In this document: positions 27,269 through 42,280 of the stretch, piece by piece
How the letters are laid out: every line of letters begins with the position of its first letter
Position numbering within the stretch: the stretch's first letter is position 1
Origin: the human T2T-CHM13v2.0 reference genome, Homo sapiens
Assembly (NCBI RefSeq): GCF_009914755.1
Contig: NC_060925.1
Length of the DNA stretch: 64,000 nucleotides
Direction: 5' to 3' (one strand)
The notes under the pieces: generated by a model
What the model was told of the DNA's origin: nothing
Databases searched by the model: none
The model's input: only the letters and a program-made list of their open reading frames with translations
Made by a program: the position numbers and the translations under genes

Positions 27269-28657
27269 TAATGGCAGGGCTGCTGTTTTCCTCATTGAGC
27301 TGTCCCAGAGTCTGGCTCAAAAGTGCTTAGTGAGAGCTGGATTAATGATGGCCTCTGAGGCTGTGTAAGGTGGAGTATTTTGAAGAATCCAGATAGTGAG
27401 TGTCCAGGGTGTTTCTGGTCCCTGTTCTATGTGAAGACTGCTTCCTGGAAGATGGGAGCTGAGCTAGCCCCTGGAAGATGGGATGAGAGGCTTGTTCAGC
27501 TGGAGTGGAGCACCAGAATGCTAAAGATTAGGAGCCATAAGCCACATGAGCCACAGCTGGAAAGGCACGAGAGGCAAGGGCAATCCACAGTGCAGGCTTG
27601 GTGGCAGAGTGAGGGAGATTCCCAGGGTAGCTCCGGAAGGAACTTCACTAGACCTCTCTCCTGGCCTCTCCCAGGGCTCTTGCCTCTGCTTTCAGTGACA
27701 AAGAGCTTACCACCTCACTAGAGGGTGATCCTGTGGTGTTTCCTGGAAGAGTACCTTGGGTAGAGGCATCTGGAGATGACAGAGGGGTAGGCGTGGGCTG
27801 GGGGGTCAGGGAAACTATTCTGGATGTGGAGGGGGATAATTAGCTCCTCAGTGCTGACTGGCTGGGTACCACGTGATAAGCACAGTGCTGGACAAAGAGT
27901 CACAGATTACCTTGTCTTCTGACCAATAGTGGGAGTCCTGGGTTACAGTTCTGAAGCTCACTTAAATGTGTAACATGTACACATAAAAGCCTAAGCTTTG
28001 GGATGAGACAGGTAGAGCGCAAACCCCAGCCTCACCACCTACCACCAGGTTCCTTTACACAAATAATCTCTCCAAATTCAGTTTTCTTATGTGTAAAATG
28101 GGGATAAAGACCCCTATTTCTTGGGGGTGGGGTAGAATACGTGGGCCACAGGAGAGTTTGGAAAATGATGGCCATTCCCACAGTGGTATCTCACCTTTAT
28201 CATCCTTACACATGTCGTCTCTCCAGCTGGGGATCTCAGGTTCTCTTATGGTTCCAACCACAGTCCATGTATCAACAACACAAACCTCAATCTGTCTCTA
28301 GATCTTTCTAGAGCTGTAGACTGGCTGTCCATCTGCCTCCTGGTCCGTCTCCTGGATTTGGGACCAGAAACCTGGGTTAGCTCCCATAGTTCCTTGATTC
28401 TTTGATTACAAGATTTGCAGGCCCATGCTTTCCTCTCTAGCCTTTCTGTCAACAGCTTCTCTCCCTTTTACCCCCTCCCATCTTACTCTGGCAACACAGA
28501 GCATTTCTCAGTCCCCTCAGTGTTGCTCCACTGGCCCTGCTACCTCTTAGCTTCTGCTCACACTCATGTATCTGCTTGGAACACCCTCCCCTCACTCTCT
28601 ACCCAGCTACCTCTTACTTCTCCTTTCGGTTTAGATGTCACCTCCTGAGACTCAGAT

Positions 28658-29023
28658 TGCCGTGGTCTAAATGTATGCATCCCTCCCACCCTCAAATTCA
28701 TATGTTGAAACCTAACCTCCAAGGTGATGGCATTAAGTATTAAGAGGTGGGGCCTTTGGGAGGTAACTAGGTCATGAGGGCAGAGCCCTCATGAATGGGA
28801 TTAGTGCCCTTATAAAAGAGGGTCCAGGGAACTTCTGCCATGTGAGGGTGCAATAGCAAGGCACCATCTTTGAAGCGGAGAGCTAGCCTTTACCAGATAC
28901 TGAATCTGCCAGTGTCTTGATCTTGGGCTTCCCAGTCTCCAGAACCATAAGGAATAAATTTCTGTTGTTTATAAATTACCCAGTCTAAGGCATTTGTTAT
29001 AGCAGCCTGTGCAAGCTAAGACA
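28658..29023 (+). mobile_element. MLT1A/MSTD-like solo LTR
   Basis: TG...CA ends; ggattagtgcccttataaaagag; aataaatttctgttgtttataaattacccagtct. Confidence 0.85.
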
Positions 29024-29588
29024 CGGGTGGTCTGGGTGCTATGGCTGCAGTATCCTAGTAGTGGTGGGGCAGCTATGCATTCATTCATTTGTTCACTCAT
29101 TCACTCAGCAAGCACTCATGGAGCTCATATTCAGGCACTGTGGTACTAGAACACTGAAGGGAGATGTACGGCACATGCTTAAGAGTAGTGACTTAGCTGC
29201 TCACCTGGCCAAAGTATGACTCCTGATCCTGCCACTTTCCAACTGTGTAACCTTGAAAACCTGTCTAACCTCTCTGAGCTTTAGATTCCACAAGGTAAAA
29301 TGGGGGAAAACATGGGCCTTTTCTCTGAGGATTGCTGTGAAGATGAATAGGGATAACCCACATTATGTGGTTAGCCAAGCTTGGCCTGTAGCCACTCAGT
29401 GCTTAGTGATTGCTACTGCAAAGCCTCAGCTTAAGGGCCACAGGGCATTATTATCATTATTATGAATAAGACTCAGTGCCTGTATCCTTCAGAGTCCCTG
29501 GATCTGGTGGCAGAAACTGGCCTATAAATAGGAAATGATAATAAGGGCATGGGGGTAGCCAGAGAGGGCTATATAAGAGTGGAGTCAG

Positions 29589-30011
<423 letters not shown>

Positions 30012-33000
30012 CGGGTGGAGTCAGGACCGGGGCCCAGGTCTCTGACTACAGCATCGTGCTACTCAGAGTTGTGATTTCAAAGTGTGTTTTACTGGACTGT
30101 GAGCTCCCTGAAGGCCAGAGCCTTATCTGATCCAACTCAGTGGGCCAAGGACAGGTTGATGCACCCAAGAATGTCTGATGGATGACTGAATACATCATGT
30201 TATGAATCAGTGATGGTGTGGGCAGGGAGGGAGGGTGGATGAAGACATGATGGATCAGGAGGAGGTATAGCCTTGACTCTGCCCAAGGCAGTTAATCCTT
30301 TTAAAACTAAGTTTCTTTAGCTATAGAATGGGCATCAGCCATACAGACCACACAGTGGCTTTGAAGATTCGATGTGAGAAAAGCCCTGGACACTGGCCGG
30401 TGAGTGCAGCTTTTGGGCAGCAAAGCAGGATAAGCACCTGGAGTGGGGCTGGGGCTGCTGATGACTGTGGAACTCTGGCTGAAGGGCACACTATCCTCTG
30501 AGAGGAGAAGGTGAGCACTGGAGTGACATGAGACTCTCTGTCCATCTGTGCAGGGAGCTACATGAGCAAACAGAGCCGTCCACTGGTGAACAAGGCCATC
30601 CCTGGCTGGCCTGTCTGTCACTCACAATAAGCCAGGACTTATCTCTTTAGGTCAGCGTGGGCCTTTGGGGAAGAGCTGTCACTGTCCTTGCCTGCTGAGG
30701 AGGGCCCTGTCTCCAGGAAGAGCTGTGCTTGCTGAAGAGCTATCACTGACTCAGGAGGCATCTTTAACCTAGCTCCAACTGCATGGCCCAGGATTTGAAG
30801 CCGGCATTAATTGACCTGAGAGTTGTTCATGTAGGAAGAAGTTTGCTGGCACCTGGGAAGTCAATACTAATAATAATAGTCTTTCCATAGGCCCAGCACC
30901 CTACAGTTTGCAAATTCTCTTCCTCCTCTCCTCCCACTTAACAAATTTCCTTCTTTGGCTTTCTTACAAGCCTTGGAAGATAAAATAGTATTTTCACGAT
31001 CATTTATCAGAAAATAAAGCTGAAGCCCAAGGACGACGAGTGCCTTGTCCAGGTTTCTAGGCAAGTCCAGGGCAGAGCTGGGACCAAGACGCCCGTGTCC
31101 TGATTCCTAGCCATGCCTCTTTGCTCTGTAGTCCTAGGAGGTGACTTCTTGGCCAAGCACGCATGACCACCTCCAGCTTCTTGGACAGCCACAAAGCATC
31201 AGGTTTACTGGACTCAGGGGCCTTTAGGTGAATCCTTCACGCTTTGGTTGGCCATCTTCCATTTTTGTGGGTTTTCTCTGCGCCTTACCTCAGCAGAGGC
31301 TCAGAAAGGGGCTTGAAGGTAAGGTGTTGTGTACAGGACAGCCGGGCTAAGTGGGGGCTTCCATGTCTACTACTCACAGGGTATAAATGATAAATGGAAT
31401 TGGGGGCTGAGGGATGCTGGGATTCCCTTTGTACAGAGGCCATGAAGGCACCAAAGGGGGTGGTGATTGGGAATCTGGAGTGAAGGCAGGAGAAAGGCCC
31501 TGCCCCACCCTCATCTAGGAGGCATCATAACCCAGTTAAGGCCACTCTGGAGCCAAACACATGAGGTTCCAATCCCTACCCGTCCACTTCTCAGGGAGCA
31601 CTTTACAATCTCTATGCCTTAGCTTGCTCAGACTTAAAATGGCACAGTCATACTAGCATAGGGCTCATTGGGTTGTCAGGAGGATTGAATGAGGAGATAC
31701 GTGTACAGTTCCTGGAACAATGCCTTAAACACACGGGAAACATTCGACATGACCTTGATTTGCTCTCCCCTGGCCAGAAGGGAGGGAGATAGACCTTTTA
31801 CAGTTGGATATTTCCTCTCCTTTGGGAAGTCACAGCTCAGGGATTACCTGGGAGGGTGAGGGTGACCATGCCCATCTACCCCCTTGCCAGAGCTGAAGAG
31901 GGAAGGGGCGGGGCTGTGAGATCTGTGGTGTGGTGCTGAAGGAGCTGCTGCCTCACAGCCTCATGCCCAGCCCGTCCCCGGTGATAAATCACAAACATAT
32001 TTTTAATGATTATTTAAAGCTCTTGGCTGCATGCCTGTTCTGGAAGGGCCATCTTAGCCCTTGTCAGGCCGTGGCAGATTGAAGGGAAGCTTGCACATCA
32101 CTTATTGAGGGTGACTTCTTTTATTCCATTATTTTTATAATAGACTCACTGACAAAATATTGTTCTTGGCCCCAGCCTGGCCCCTTTGCTTGTGTTCGGA
32201 GGTAACAGGCTGCCCCGGCCAGGGAACTGCAAGTTTCCCATCAAGAGGGAGGCAGACAAGGGCTCGGCAATTCCTCATCCACCAGAGTATTATTTGCAGG
32301 GTGAGGAGGGAGTGAGTCTTGCAGGGTGAGGAGGGAGTGAGTAGTTAGCAGCCTTGTTTAGTGAACTGTAGGCCTGGGCCCAAGTCCCCTCCGCTCAGTT
32401 CCGAGGGGTGAGAAATGAGGCAGAGAGGAGAGATCAGGGGGTTGTGTGTGCTTCCCGGTTCTGTTTTCATTCACTGGCAAACATTTATACTGAGCACACA
32501 TGCTCAGCACTGTCCCCACCACACCCTGCCAAACAGGGCCATCTAGGAAAGTGATCATCAAACTGTGCCTCATGGAACCCTAGGGTTCAGAAATTACAAC
32601 ACTGGTATTTTCTGGAAATTACCAGGATGGGGTATGTAGGAAAGAAGTGGAGCTCTGGGCCTGCCACCCCATCCTCAGCCTGAGTAGCCCTGATTTTATT
32701 TTGCTTTGACTTTGAGCTTCTCTCTAAGGTTTCATTTGAAGAATGGATTCTTCTGGTTAAAAGTTTGAATATCACTGTTAATTCCTTTATTGTACAAAAG
32801 GGAAACAGAGGCCCAGAGAGGGGACAGAGTTGCCCAAGGTCACATAGACATTTGCAGAGTAAGGATCCATCTCCTGGCCCCCAGCTGTGTGAGGAGCTGG
32901 AACTGGCATGTGAAACAATCAGAGAACAAGAAACATTGGTCTGGAACCAAGTTTGCAGACCAGGTCATGAATATCCTCATGTGTGACCATCCTTTCCAGG

Positions 33001-33038
33001 TATGTCTGTGGGAGCCCAGAATTATGCACCCTCCCAGG

Positions 33039-33434
33039 TATGTTAGTCTGCTTGGGCTCCTATAACAAAATACCATAGATTGTGTGGCTTTAATAAAAGA
33101 AATTAATTTTCTCATACTTCTGGAGGCTGGAAGTCCGAGACCAAGGTGCCAGCTTCCAGCATAGTTGGGTTCTGGTGAGGGCTCTCTTCTTGGCTTGTAG
33201 ACAGCTGCCTTCTTGCTGTATAAGAGGGAGAGAGAGAGAGAGAGGTGAGAGAATCATTGGGATCTCATGTTTTCTTTTTATAAGCGCATTAATTCCATCA
33301 TGAAGGTTCTACCCTCATGACCTAATCTAACCCTAATAATTTCTCAAAGGCCCCACCTCCAAATATCCTCACATTGGAGATTGGGGTTTCAACATATGAA
33401 CTTTGAGGAGGACACAGACATTCAGTCCGTAGCA
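33039..33434 (-). mobile_element. MLT1A0-like solo LTR
   Basis: ttagtctgcttgggctcctataacaaaataccatag ... ggacacagacattcagtccgtagca. Confidence 0.85.
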
Positions 33435-33667
33435 CAGGAGTGTCCATTCTATTCAGCTCAGTTTCAATGGTCTCCATTGCATTCAGCGAGCATATAACCT
33501 GTGGGAGTCCAGCTGCCCTGACCTTGAGGTCAGTGTCCTGAAACTCCCATGGTCCAAGATTCACAGACTTTGGACCTGCTGGGGAAAACAGCACTGGGGG
33601 AAAATATCTCAGGCAGGATGCCAGGAGGAAACAGATGGCATGCTAAGGTTGGCTAATGTTGGTGAGT

Positions 33668-33918
33668 TTTTTTTTATGTTGGTAAAATGTATATAGCATA
33701 AAATTTATCATTTTAACCACTTTTAAGTATACAGTTCAGTGGCATTAAGTATATTCACACTGTTGTGTAACCATCACGATCATCCATCTCCAGAATGGTT
33801 TTATCTTCCCCAACCGAAACTTTGTACCCTTTTAAACACGAACTCCCCATTCTCTCTTCCCCTCCCCCTGGTATCCATTGTTCTACTCTCTATCTCTCTG
33901 AATTTGCCCATTCTAGGT
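33668..33918 (-). mobile_element. L1MB-type 3' end fragment
   Basis: ttttaagtatacagttcagtggcattaagtatattcacactgttgtgtaaccatcac. Confidence 0.8.
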
Positions 33919-34659
33919 ATGGAGGTGAGTTTCTAGAAGGGACTATTTACAAAAGTGTAGGGAGGGCTTGAAAAAAGCAATAAGGGATGGGGCAGTGCTC
34001 TGGGGCTGGTCACGTCAGGAAGCTAGTACCACCGCTAGGTACTGAAAACTGGAGAGACCGTTCTATGGCAGGTGTTGGCTGCCAGGGGCTGTGGCTTTCC
34101 AATTAGAGGGATGTGCCAATTCCTGGTGTGCCAGCTCTCCCTCTGACTCTGCCGAGTCTCCACTGTCCTATCAGTGTAGTCCTTACATGCCAGCCTTGGA
34201 GGCACAGAAGAGAGCAAGAAGGGTAGAAGGTGGATGTGAAGGGGCAGTGGAAGATGGTGAGCTCAAAAGCAAGCCCAGCAGGGCCTCAGAGCTGTTTAAT
34301 TACACGAAAATGAACCACAGAGGCAGCACACTGAATTAAAAGGCTCCTGTGGCAGTTTGTATATTGTGGGTGAATGACAATGGGAAGGTGTAATCAATTT
34401 CCATTTCCTGTCCCTTGCTCCCTAGCAACTTCCCACACTCAATGACTGGCTTGCAAATTTGTTTTGCTTTGTGGCAGATGATATGGATGCTGAGAGGTGC
34501 GCCCCTGCCCCCAAGTGTCAAATTCTCTATCTGAATGGCTCACGCCTCTGATTTCATATCTCGAAGTTGCCAACTTCTGCTGTTGAAGGAACAAAGCTGT
34601 GAGTGGCCTTTATTTAGCCTTCAAAGCAGAGTTGAGTTATTTCTTTTCTCTCTCTCTCT

Positions 34660-35026
<367 letters not shown>

Positions 35027-36606
35027 TAAAACCTTTCCATCACCCCTCACTAGTGCATATCTGCAATCGTTCTCTCTCTCTCCCTTCCCTTATCCTTGGA
35101 TATTCTAAGCCTGACACATCCACGTGAGCAATCCCCTCCTTCTCACCCTCTGGTACCCTACTGTCCGGTCCTTTCCTGCATGCCTGAGATGATAGGTAAT
35201 TTTTCTTGACTTTTTGTGTCTAAGGAGGAACCTCAGGGGCACCCTAAATGTCTTGCAGCTCTGTGTGTTTGGGGTGGGGTGCTCAGGTGGAAAGTAGGTA
35301 CTGCTAATGGAAAGGATCCTTGTGTCTACAGTTCTTAGCTTCTGCCTATCATAAAAATTGTGGTGTGCTGATTACTTTCAGGGAACTTTGCATGCATTGA
35401 TAAACTTATTTAATTATCACAATAAACCTGTTGTGGCATTATTGCTATTTTGTGGAGGAGGACTATGAGGCGTAGAGAGGTCAATGACTTATCAAAGGTT
35501 GCACAGCTGTCTGTCACAAAGCTAGGACTTGAACTGCGTTAGATCTGTTTCTAAAACTCTTTCCAACCAACTCAGGAGGTGGTGAGTTCTTGGTCCCTGG
35601 GAGTATGTAAGCAGAGATTGAAATGCCACTTGTCATGAAGAGAGTAGAGTCCAGGAGAGGGTCCCTTCCTCTTCTGAGATGCTAAGATTCCAGGACTTTT
35701 GCTTCTGATTCAGATATTCTATTATTGACATGTGTCTCTTGGGAAGTGCAGGTTGGGGTAAATGCCTCAATGGGGTCTGGTTATATGAGCAGGCAGGAGT
35801 CCTGGGTTACAAGGAGTGGGGAGAAGGGGCAGGAGGGTGTCACACTAGTGAGAAGTAATTAGGTAATAAGTTCCCCTTTCCCCTTTCTGTTCTTGCTGGT
35901 TCTTCCTTGCTGCCCTGGGCTGTTCTCTGAGTCCCAGATGGGCAATATTTAAAAATACATTCTGTTCTGAACAGAAATGTTATCAGGGTTGCAATGTGCT
36001 CTTTGCATATGGCAAAGAAACAAGCCCAGGGCTGAGAACAGAAGTGCTGGGTTTAACCTTGTTGCTGCTGCAGGTTCATGGTGTGACTTTGGGGAAATGT
36101 CCTCATCTGTTTAATAAGGGGTTAAGGAAGCTTCCTGCTGAGGACCTTTCAGGTCCTGATGTTCAGTTCCTTGAAGCAGGCTTGCACTATGCTTTGCAAT
36201 GTGTGTTGAGTCATGGCTGTACTCCATAGTAAAGGCAGAGTGTGGCAGGTGTTGACTGTTTTCTCCTGCTCCTGCCAGCCCCAAGTCCTTTGGTCTCATG
36301 TGCCTCTCTTCTAAAGACTCATCTTACCTAGGAGGTGGTTCCAGAGAAGGAAGAGGGCTGGGTAGAGTGGAGTTGGGAGCTCTCTGTCTGGGTAGCAGCC
36401 ACAATCAGAAGGAGACTGGCCCATTCTGAGCTTTCTTGGGCTGAGTGGCAGCCAGAGTCAAGCCCTCTGCAGACTCTGCAGAGCTATTCAGCTTATACAG
36501 ACGTGATCCACCCTGCTGGTGACTGGTGGGGGATTCTTTTAGACTAGTGGTAAACAAGTCTAAATTGAATGATAAACAAGAAGGTGATGCTGGGGCATAT
36601 GGTATT

Positions 36607-37870
36607 TGCATCAGTTATCTATTTCTCCTTAACTGGCTACCCTGAAATTTATGACAACACCATTTATAAAGCTGTGGGTTGGCAACCAGGGCTGGGCTTA
36701 GCCATTTGGTTCTTCTGCTAGTCTCAGTTGGGCTTATTAGGCATTGTGGCAGCCAGTCTCCAAGATGATCCTTTATGATTTCTGTCTACTGGTATTCACA
36801 TCCTTGGGTGGTTCTCTCCCACACTGTAGCATGGTTGCACTCTGATCACTAGCAAATAGTGGAAATGATGGTATGTCACTTCTGAGATTAGGTTATAAAA
36901 GACTGCACCTTCTGTGTGGGTCACTCTCATTCATGCTTTCTTGTTCTCTCAGATCAATTACTCTGGAGGAAGCTAGCTGCCAGATTGTGTGCAGTTCTAC
37001 GGAGAGGCCCACATGGTGAGGAACTAAAGCCCTTGCCCAATAGCCAGACGGGAATTCAAGCCTGCTAATCATCAGGTAACTGAGCTTGAAAGCAGATTCA
37101 CCAGTCCCAGTTTAGCCTTGAGATAACCAAATTATCTGCAACCTTGAGATGTTTTGAGCCAGAATCATTCAGCTAAACTTCTCCCAGATTTCTGACCCTC
37201 AGAAACTGAGGGAAGAAATATGGTTTGAAGCTGCCTTGGGGGTAATTTATTATGCAGCTATAAATAACCAAGACACTTATGCGTGTGATTAGATGACAGT
37301 GATGGCCATATCCACATACCTGGCAGTTGGCTGGCTGATGGCTGGGGTGACAAGGGTACAAGGGCCACACATCTCTCATCATCCAGCAGGCCAGCACTGG
37401 GATTCTTCACATAGTGGTAGTCACAGTCTTCCAAAGGCAGCAAGAGTAGGTAAACCTCAATGCATAAGCACTTAACTTTTTTTAAAAATTTCAATAGTTT
37501 TTGGGGTACAAGTGGTTTTTGGTTACATGGATAAGTTCTTTAGCGGTCATTTCTGAGATTTTAGTGCACCCATCACCTGAAGTGTGTACACTGTACCCAA
37601 TATGCAGTCTTCATCCCTCCCCACAACTCCCCCCATCCCGAGTCCCCAAAGTCCATTGTATCATTCTTACACCTTTGCGTCCTCCTAGCTTAACTCCCAT
37701 TTATAAGTGAGAACACTCGATGTGTAGGCACTTTTAGAGCCTCTGCTTGCATTACATTTGCTAACGATCCATTGGCCAAAGCATATCACACGGCCAACCC
37801 AGATTCAAAGGTGAGAAAATAGCCTCCATCTCTTGATGGAATAGGAAGAATTTGCGGTCACTTCTGCAAC
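36607..37870. mobile_element. Nested MLT1-type LTRs (inner ~36745-37273) with an L1 3' fragment (~37474-37719, minus)
   Basis: MLT1 motifs (cacttctgagattaggttataaaagactg, gagaggcccacatggtgaggaact); L1 piece flanked by degenerate TSD atgcataagcactt / atgtgtaggcactt. Confidence 0.7.
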
Positions 37871-38459
37871 TGTAGAACATGAAGCTGATGTAACATCTCT
37901 CATTACTCTAAACACTCCATCCTTCTCTACTGTTTCAACAGTCTTCCTTTTGTTAGACTCTGTGTCTAAATTAACAAATATTTATTGAGCAATTGTCACG
38001 TGGCAGGCGTTTTCACAGTCAAGGCCTTAATCAATACCTAAAAACAGCCCTTGCAAGGTAATCCACTTCATGGGTGAGGAATGGATGCTCAGAAAGACAA
38101 GGTGATCCTAATCCAGCTCTAGGGACTCCGAGTGTGGTGTTAGTTATATTTTCTTTGTCAAGATGCCCAGAACTCTCCATTTAACTTTTTATTTTTCCGG
38201 ACACACAGGTAGAATATGTGGAGGCTGGTCCCTGGCTGGCTTCTCCCCAACAGTCACTGGTTGGGGCTAAAGGGGATCAGCCTGGGGCAGGAAGATTGGG
38301 CAGAATGAGCAGACTCTAGGGGGCGACAAAGGCCAAGGTGACTCCTCATTGCTACCCCATGCTCCTTTCCCTCCTTCCTTGCGTAGGTCTATCCTTAGAG
38401 AAGAGAAAGATGTTGCCCGTCAGGAGACAAAACATTCATCTTCAGGCTCTGAGAAACAA

Positions 38460-38765
38460 GGGGAAGGAGGGAGGGATGGAGAGAGAGAAGGACGAGGAGG
38501 AGGAGGAGAGGAAGAGGGGAGAAGAAGAAGAGAGAACAGACGGGCATAAGAAGGCAAAAATAGAGGGAAAGCAATAAGACATAGAAAATTAAAGAGATAC
38601 AGAATCATAAAACAGAGAGGGGGGAGATAAAGAGAAAAAAGAGCAAGGAAATAGGAAAATGAGCCCTAAAGACAGGGATAGAGAGAGACAGAGACAGGAA
38701 GATAGAGATGCCTGGAGAGATAAGGGAAACAGACAGAGAAGGGATGAAGAAAGAGCGAAAGGAAG
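38460..38765. repeat. GA-rich polypurine low-complexity tract
   Basis: Nearly pyrimidine-free run of gagagag/gaggagg. Confidence 0.8.
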
Positions 38766-39049
38766 TCAGGCTAAAGATGACGGTGTGTGGAGGAGAGGGG
38801 TATGGCGGGTGTCAGTCACACTGTGTGACCTTAACTAGGCCAGGTCATCTCTCTGAGCCCCATTTCCTCATCTATAAAAAGGAGCTGTCTTCAGGAACTG
38901 TTGTGAGGATGACATGAGAAAATACATGCAAGCACTCTGGAAATAGTAAAGTACTATACAGGTGTTCATTAGTATTATTGGTAGTATTATCATTATTGTT
39001 ATTATTATTATGTCATGGTTGGGAGAACTTAATGCTAGAATGAGTGTCA

Positions 39050-40100
39050 GAACCCAGGGGCTAATGAGATATTGAACACCTCTTCTCTGAAGAGCAGCTT
39101 AGTGTCAACTGAAATTGGAGTTTCTTGATACTAAGGCACTACAACTTGTAAGATGCCCTATTGATTTAATTACACTTTGGAGTCGGGGAGAATTGCACAT
39201 TAAAAATACACACTTAAGAAAAATAACTGACAACATGCAGTTGTTTCTACAACTGGTCACTTTTTTTTCAGGATCACAATCAGTGTTTGAGGGTATAATG
39301 GAACATCTCTATTCTGTTGAATTCCTTTAGGTCATCAGCAATTATGCAGAATATCATAGCTATGGTGCTGTTTTTGTATCTCATGGATGTGAACTTTATT
39401 TCTTTAAAATTAACAGTATGATCTCAAGATATATTGAATAATATTGGTATTTTGTGTGCATTTCTGCTTTGAATAAACACACAGTTCCCCTTTCTGTTCC
39501 ATTATCTGCATTGCATATTTCTGGAAGTTAAATAGCTTTTATTGAAAGTTAGCTGGACGCTCTGATAGGCAGGTGTTTAGTGCTCAAGTTATAGGACCTG
39601 AAGGATCAATTTGACAGAACCATCTCAGAAAATTCTCTGATATATTCAGAGAGTCAAGGCAAGTTTAACTGCCAGTTACTGCACTGACTGGTGGGTAACA
39701 GTCCATCTCTTGCATAAACACCAAATTTATTTTTGCACCAAATTTAATATTTTTGTGGTACACTTAGAGCAATAATTAGGGATCTAAATTTAACAGTCAA
39801 TCTGTATATTATTATCGTTGTAGATTACACAATTGAAGTAACATTGCATAAACATGAGAGAACTACCTGACAACTTACTCTTCCTCTTGGAGGCTGACCC
39901 ACTATTGTAAAACACATTCTGTTTTCAGAAATTCTAAAGTGTAAAGAAGAAAAAATACAGGAAATGCTAGTGGCCAAGAACAATGGAAATGGCCTGGGGC
40001 AGCTTATTGATAAGAGAGAGAAAGCCAAATGTTTTGAAAAGGTCCTGATTATATCTAGCATATTAAAACAATTCAAAACTGGTATTTGGGAATTTTTGCC
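39050..40100 (+). mobile_element. Possible ancient RTE-clade (L4-like) LINE fossil
   Basis: AT-rich block; frameshifted translation gives YH-AMVLFLY..GCE and LPDNLL..KHILFSE, reminiscent of RTE ORF2 C-terminal motifs; highly degenerate. Confidence 0.35.
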
Positions 40101-40429
40101 TCATTTGACTGAATGAGATTCTATGCCTGCAATACTTCTTGCTGCCACCAGGTAGTGATAGTGTCTAAAATAGCTTATGTGTCCAAACTATAATCTTCCT
40201 TTTGTGGCCAGTTAATCTCTGTGGCCAGCAATTTATGCACTGTATCTAATCAATTACTGTCCCCTCCCCTCCATTAAAATACAAATTATACTATATTAAG
40301 CAACATTTCTGGAAGCAATGTAACACAGTGCTCAGTCTGCTTTGAGCCATGGTTCTGGCTAGATTGAGTAAATTTGCTTTCTTATCTCAGGGTAGGAAAA
40401 TAACAGTAGTGCTTTCTAGGACTGTGATA

Positions 40430-40734
40430 TAGTCATCCCTCAGTATCTGAGGGGAGATTGATACAAAAATCCACAGAAGCTCAAGTCCCTTATATAAAAT
40501 GGCATCATGTTTGCCTACAACCTACAGATATAACCTCCAGTGTACTTAAAATCATCTCTAGATTACTTAGATACCCAATACAATGTAAATGCTATGTAAA
40601 TAGTTTTTACACATTTGTATTATTTTTATTGTTATATTGTTATGTATTTATTTATTTTTTATTTTCTGGAATATTTTTGATCCACTGTTGGTTGAATCTG
40701 CAAATAGGAACCCACATATAATGAGGGCTGACTG
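40430..40734 (+). mobile_element. MER2 (TcMar-Tigger) DNA transposon
   Basis: Terminal repeats tagtcatccctc / gagggctgactg flanked by TA; internal caagtcccttatataaaatggc and aatcatctctagattactt. Confidence 0.85.
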
Positions 40735-41102
40735 TATTTTGTATTCATAGAATACTTCCCACCTTACCAAGAGCCCCTCTTTGACCGTGCACCTCTAGGT
40801 GCCTACATACCCTGGTGTAAGGTTAATGTTTATAGGTCAGCTGTTAGCTGTGTTGGGCAGGGAGCATAGTTTATAACTGGACTAACCCCTTACGTTGGTA
40901 GATTTATTAATCCATACTTAGACAACAGTAGTAGCTCTTATTTATTAAGCATTAAGCATGTACTCAATACCCATTTCAATACCAGTTTCAATCCTTACAG
41001 CAATCCTATGAAGTCAATATCATTACTATTCTCATTTTACAAAGACGGAAATCCCCAGGGTTCTGGGAAGATTAAATAAGTTAATGCATAAGACTTGCTT
41101 AG

Positions 41103-41227
41103 CTCGCTGGGCGCAGTGGCTCATGCCTGTAATCCCAGCACTTTGAGAGGCCAAGGCAGGCAGATCACTTGAGCTTGGGAGTTCGAGACCACCCTGGGCA
41201 ACATGGTGAAATCCCATCTCTACAAAG

Positions 41228-41265
<38 letters not shown>

Positions 41266-41268
41266 AAC
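41103..41268 (+). mobile_element. FLAM (Alu left monomer) with (CAA)n tail
   Basis: Left arm only; TSD agacttgc(t/c)tag at 41091-41102 and 41270-41281. Confidence 0.88.
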
Positions 41269-41332
41269 CAGACTTGCCTAGCAGAGTGCCTAGGATGTAG
41301 CAAGTGATCATTATTTATAGGGTGTATTATTA

Positions 41333-42280
<948 letters not shown>

